The notes below the pieces were generated by a model. That model was not told the origin of the DNA and made no database searches. It saw only the letters and a list, made by a program, of their open reading frames with translations. Positions 61,910 through 64,000 of a stretch of 64,000 nt of DNA are shown piece after piece. This DNA comes from Selaginella moellendorffii (taxonomy: Eukaryota > Plantae > Lycopodiophyta), in NCBI RefSeq assembly GCF_000143415.4, contig NW_003314262.1, positions 4,249,816 to 4,313,815 on the forward strand, read 5' to 3'. The position numbers and the translations under genes are program-made. Position 1 is the stretch's first letter. Every line of letters starts with the position of its first letter.

Positions 61910-62371
61910 GGAACTCCATAACACCTTATATGCACAGAATGGATTCCTCTGCCACGCCAAGAGCTGCTTTGATTCGATGCCCAAGCAAGACAAGGCATCC
62001 TGGAACGCGATGCTGGCAGCATTTGCCCATGGCGGGATGATCCAAGAGGTGATCGATCTCTACCACCCGAGGCCACGATGGGACACTCTCTCCTGGAACT
62101 GATCTTTGTGTTTGCAGCGGCAGGGAAGATCCACAAAGCGAGGGAAATCTTCGACAGCCAGCAAGAGAGAAGCCCAAGCTCTTGGAACTCGATGATCGCG
62201 GCCTACGTGCACATGGGCGATGTGGAAGGCTCGCAGGCTGCTGGAAGCGATGGTGCAGCCGCATCCTCTCTCCTGGGCACCGCTCCTGTCTGCTTATGCC
62301 CAGAAGGGAGAGATTGCAGAAGCAAAATCCCTGTTTGATCGGCTGGATCGTCATAAGAGCATTGTTTCGGC

Positions 62372-63754
62372 GGGTAGAATGTTGCTTGCCACTTATATCA
62401 TTACTATAAATTAAAGATTGTTCTAGTATATTATTATCAATTATTTTTAAGCATTTAAAAATACAAAATCAAATATACTATTTATTCTACTATAACAATA
62501 TTATCTTGATTGTATAGCTTAATATAACTGCATAGAATATTAAATGTAGCTTCCTTTCTTTCAATATATATTTTTTGCCAAATATATTCTTGAAAATAAG
62601 AGCTATATAATCCTTTTGTTGTACCATAGTGAGGAAGGGATCTTTTCACTGCATTCCATGTTGATTCAATACAATTTGTATGAACTCTAGTCACATGATC
62701 AACAAAATTCTGAGAGTGGTTAATTGTATAATGAGTGAAGTTCAATTGATTCAACCACTCTGAATCATAACCAGCCCAACAATCACTATATATAATTGTT
62801 CCTAAAAGATTAATTATAATTATTAGTTAAGAATAATAATAGAAATAGAACTTACCTAATTCAACAATATATCAATTAAAATTTGTGCAATACAATTGGC
62901 CACTAGAACCATAAACATTCGATCTAAATCATGTTCAATTCCTCCAAATACCCATTGACTTTCTACTCTTCCATCACAATTATATTTCTGCTTACCAAAT
63001 TTACTTTCATTAATGTCCACAATTCTTCTTAGATCACCAAACTTTTGACTACCTCGTTGTAATGTGATAACACAAATATCACAACAAAAATTGTACCAAT
63101 TTATTGTCGTGTGCTCACTTTTAATACTACACTCAATATGAATTTGATCTTGTGGCATTTTAATGCACCAATACATCACTCTAAGCATTTGAGCAAATAT
63201 GAGATTACTATTTACAAACCATGTATTAATTTTAAGAGATCTTGTGGTATTGCAATTTTTACAATTCCACCTTAAACCATCTTTACAACCTTGATTATCA
63301 GATCGATATCTCATTGATCTTTCACATTCTCTCTTTTGTGAAAGAAGACCAACCATAATACAAAAAGTAAAAGAATATTAATTCTCTCAATAAGATCAGA
63401 AAAAGAAAGAATACTATCTTGAGCATGCTCTACATATTCCAATCTAGCCATAATACTAAAGAGAATGAATAAAATAAGAAAGAAAATATAAAGAGCACAA
63501 ACATGAAAAACTTAAACCAATTGTAGGTTATATACTTATAAATTATAGCCGTGGCTAATTATAAAATTATAGTCGTTAACATATCCATTAACAACACCTA
63601 CTAATTAAAGTTTAACATTACTAATTTAGAGTTAGTTGTTAAACAATTAGGTGCAGAGCTGGGCATGACTAAGTGTGCCATGGAGGAAGCAAAGAGTGAG
63701 CGTGGCAAAGGGGCAGCCACGTAAGAGAGGGGGTGCTGGAGTATGCATTTCTCC
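62372..63754 (-). mobile_element. Merlin/IS1595(ISXO2)-like DDE DNA transposon, decayed, ~1.38 kb
   Basis: WNCKNC..SLK..TWF; VDINESKFGKQKYN..QWVFGGIE; GTIIYSDCWAGY; INHSQNFVD..VHTNCIESTW..KR; YFQEYIW. Ends GG..CC; degenerate 8-bp TSD gtttcggc / gtctcagc. Confidence 0.85.
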
Positions 63755-64000
63755 GTCTCAGCAAACTCAATGATCTCGGCCTACACGATCTCCAGCAAAA
63801 TCGGCCACGATCTTCGACGAGATGCCCCAGAGGAATGCCGTGACTTGGAACGCAATGCTCACGACATGTGCCCAAAGCTCCACCACGACCAGATTCTTCC
63901 ACTCCATGCCGGCTCGCAGCCTGGAGCCTAGAGCCGATGATGACTCTATCCCATCTACAATCCCCAACAAACCATGAAACAAGAGATAGGATTCAAGATG

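Larger units (their letters stand above)
60470..63920 (+). pseudogene. Decayed paralog of the 2757-4841 PPR gene (5' ~60%), interrupted by two mobile elements
   Basis: 60470-61033, 61910-62371 and 63755-63920 align consecutively to ~2720-3990. Confidence 0.9.

Noticed and set aside
62482-63356. Bacterial IS1595 contamination
   Set aside because: It is inserted within a plant PPR pseudogene with a target duplication, shows host-like decay and has an intron-like spacer

Overview
This is eukaryotic land-plant nuclear DNA. Very short GT-AG introns, dense genes, an SS-motif-rich PLS PPR gene and expanded EUL lectins suggest the lycophyte Selaginella (inference). 0.5-5 kb holds a PP2A B'(B56) gene head-to-head with a PLS-class PPR gene. 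2.7-32.6 kb is a tandem array of an ancestral four-gene cassette: PPR > < GT29 sialyltransferase-like, tRNA-Cys, two-domain Euonymus-type lectin (EUL). There are 7 lectin copies (3 apparently intact), but PPR, GT29 and tRNA-Cys each survive as only one intact copy, each in a different repeat unit. A full-length Ty3/Gypsy element with two nested solo LTRs sits inside the array (19.9-27.8 kb). 32.6-60.4 kb is a nested graveyard of chromoviral and other Gypsy elements with satellite-containing LTRs and a 100-N gap. 60.5-63.9 kb is a dead PPR paralog split by a TRIM/Copia-like element and by an IS1595/Merlin-type DDE transposon with an apparent spliceosomal intron. Best leads: the plant Merlin element, a conserved double T-loop (B-box-like) RNA module in two LTR-element families, and the diversifying lectin array with complementary loss of passenger genes. 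All identifications are by eye from motifs; no database search was run.
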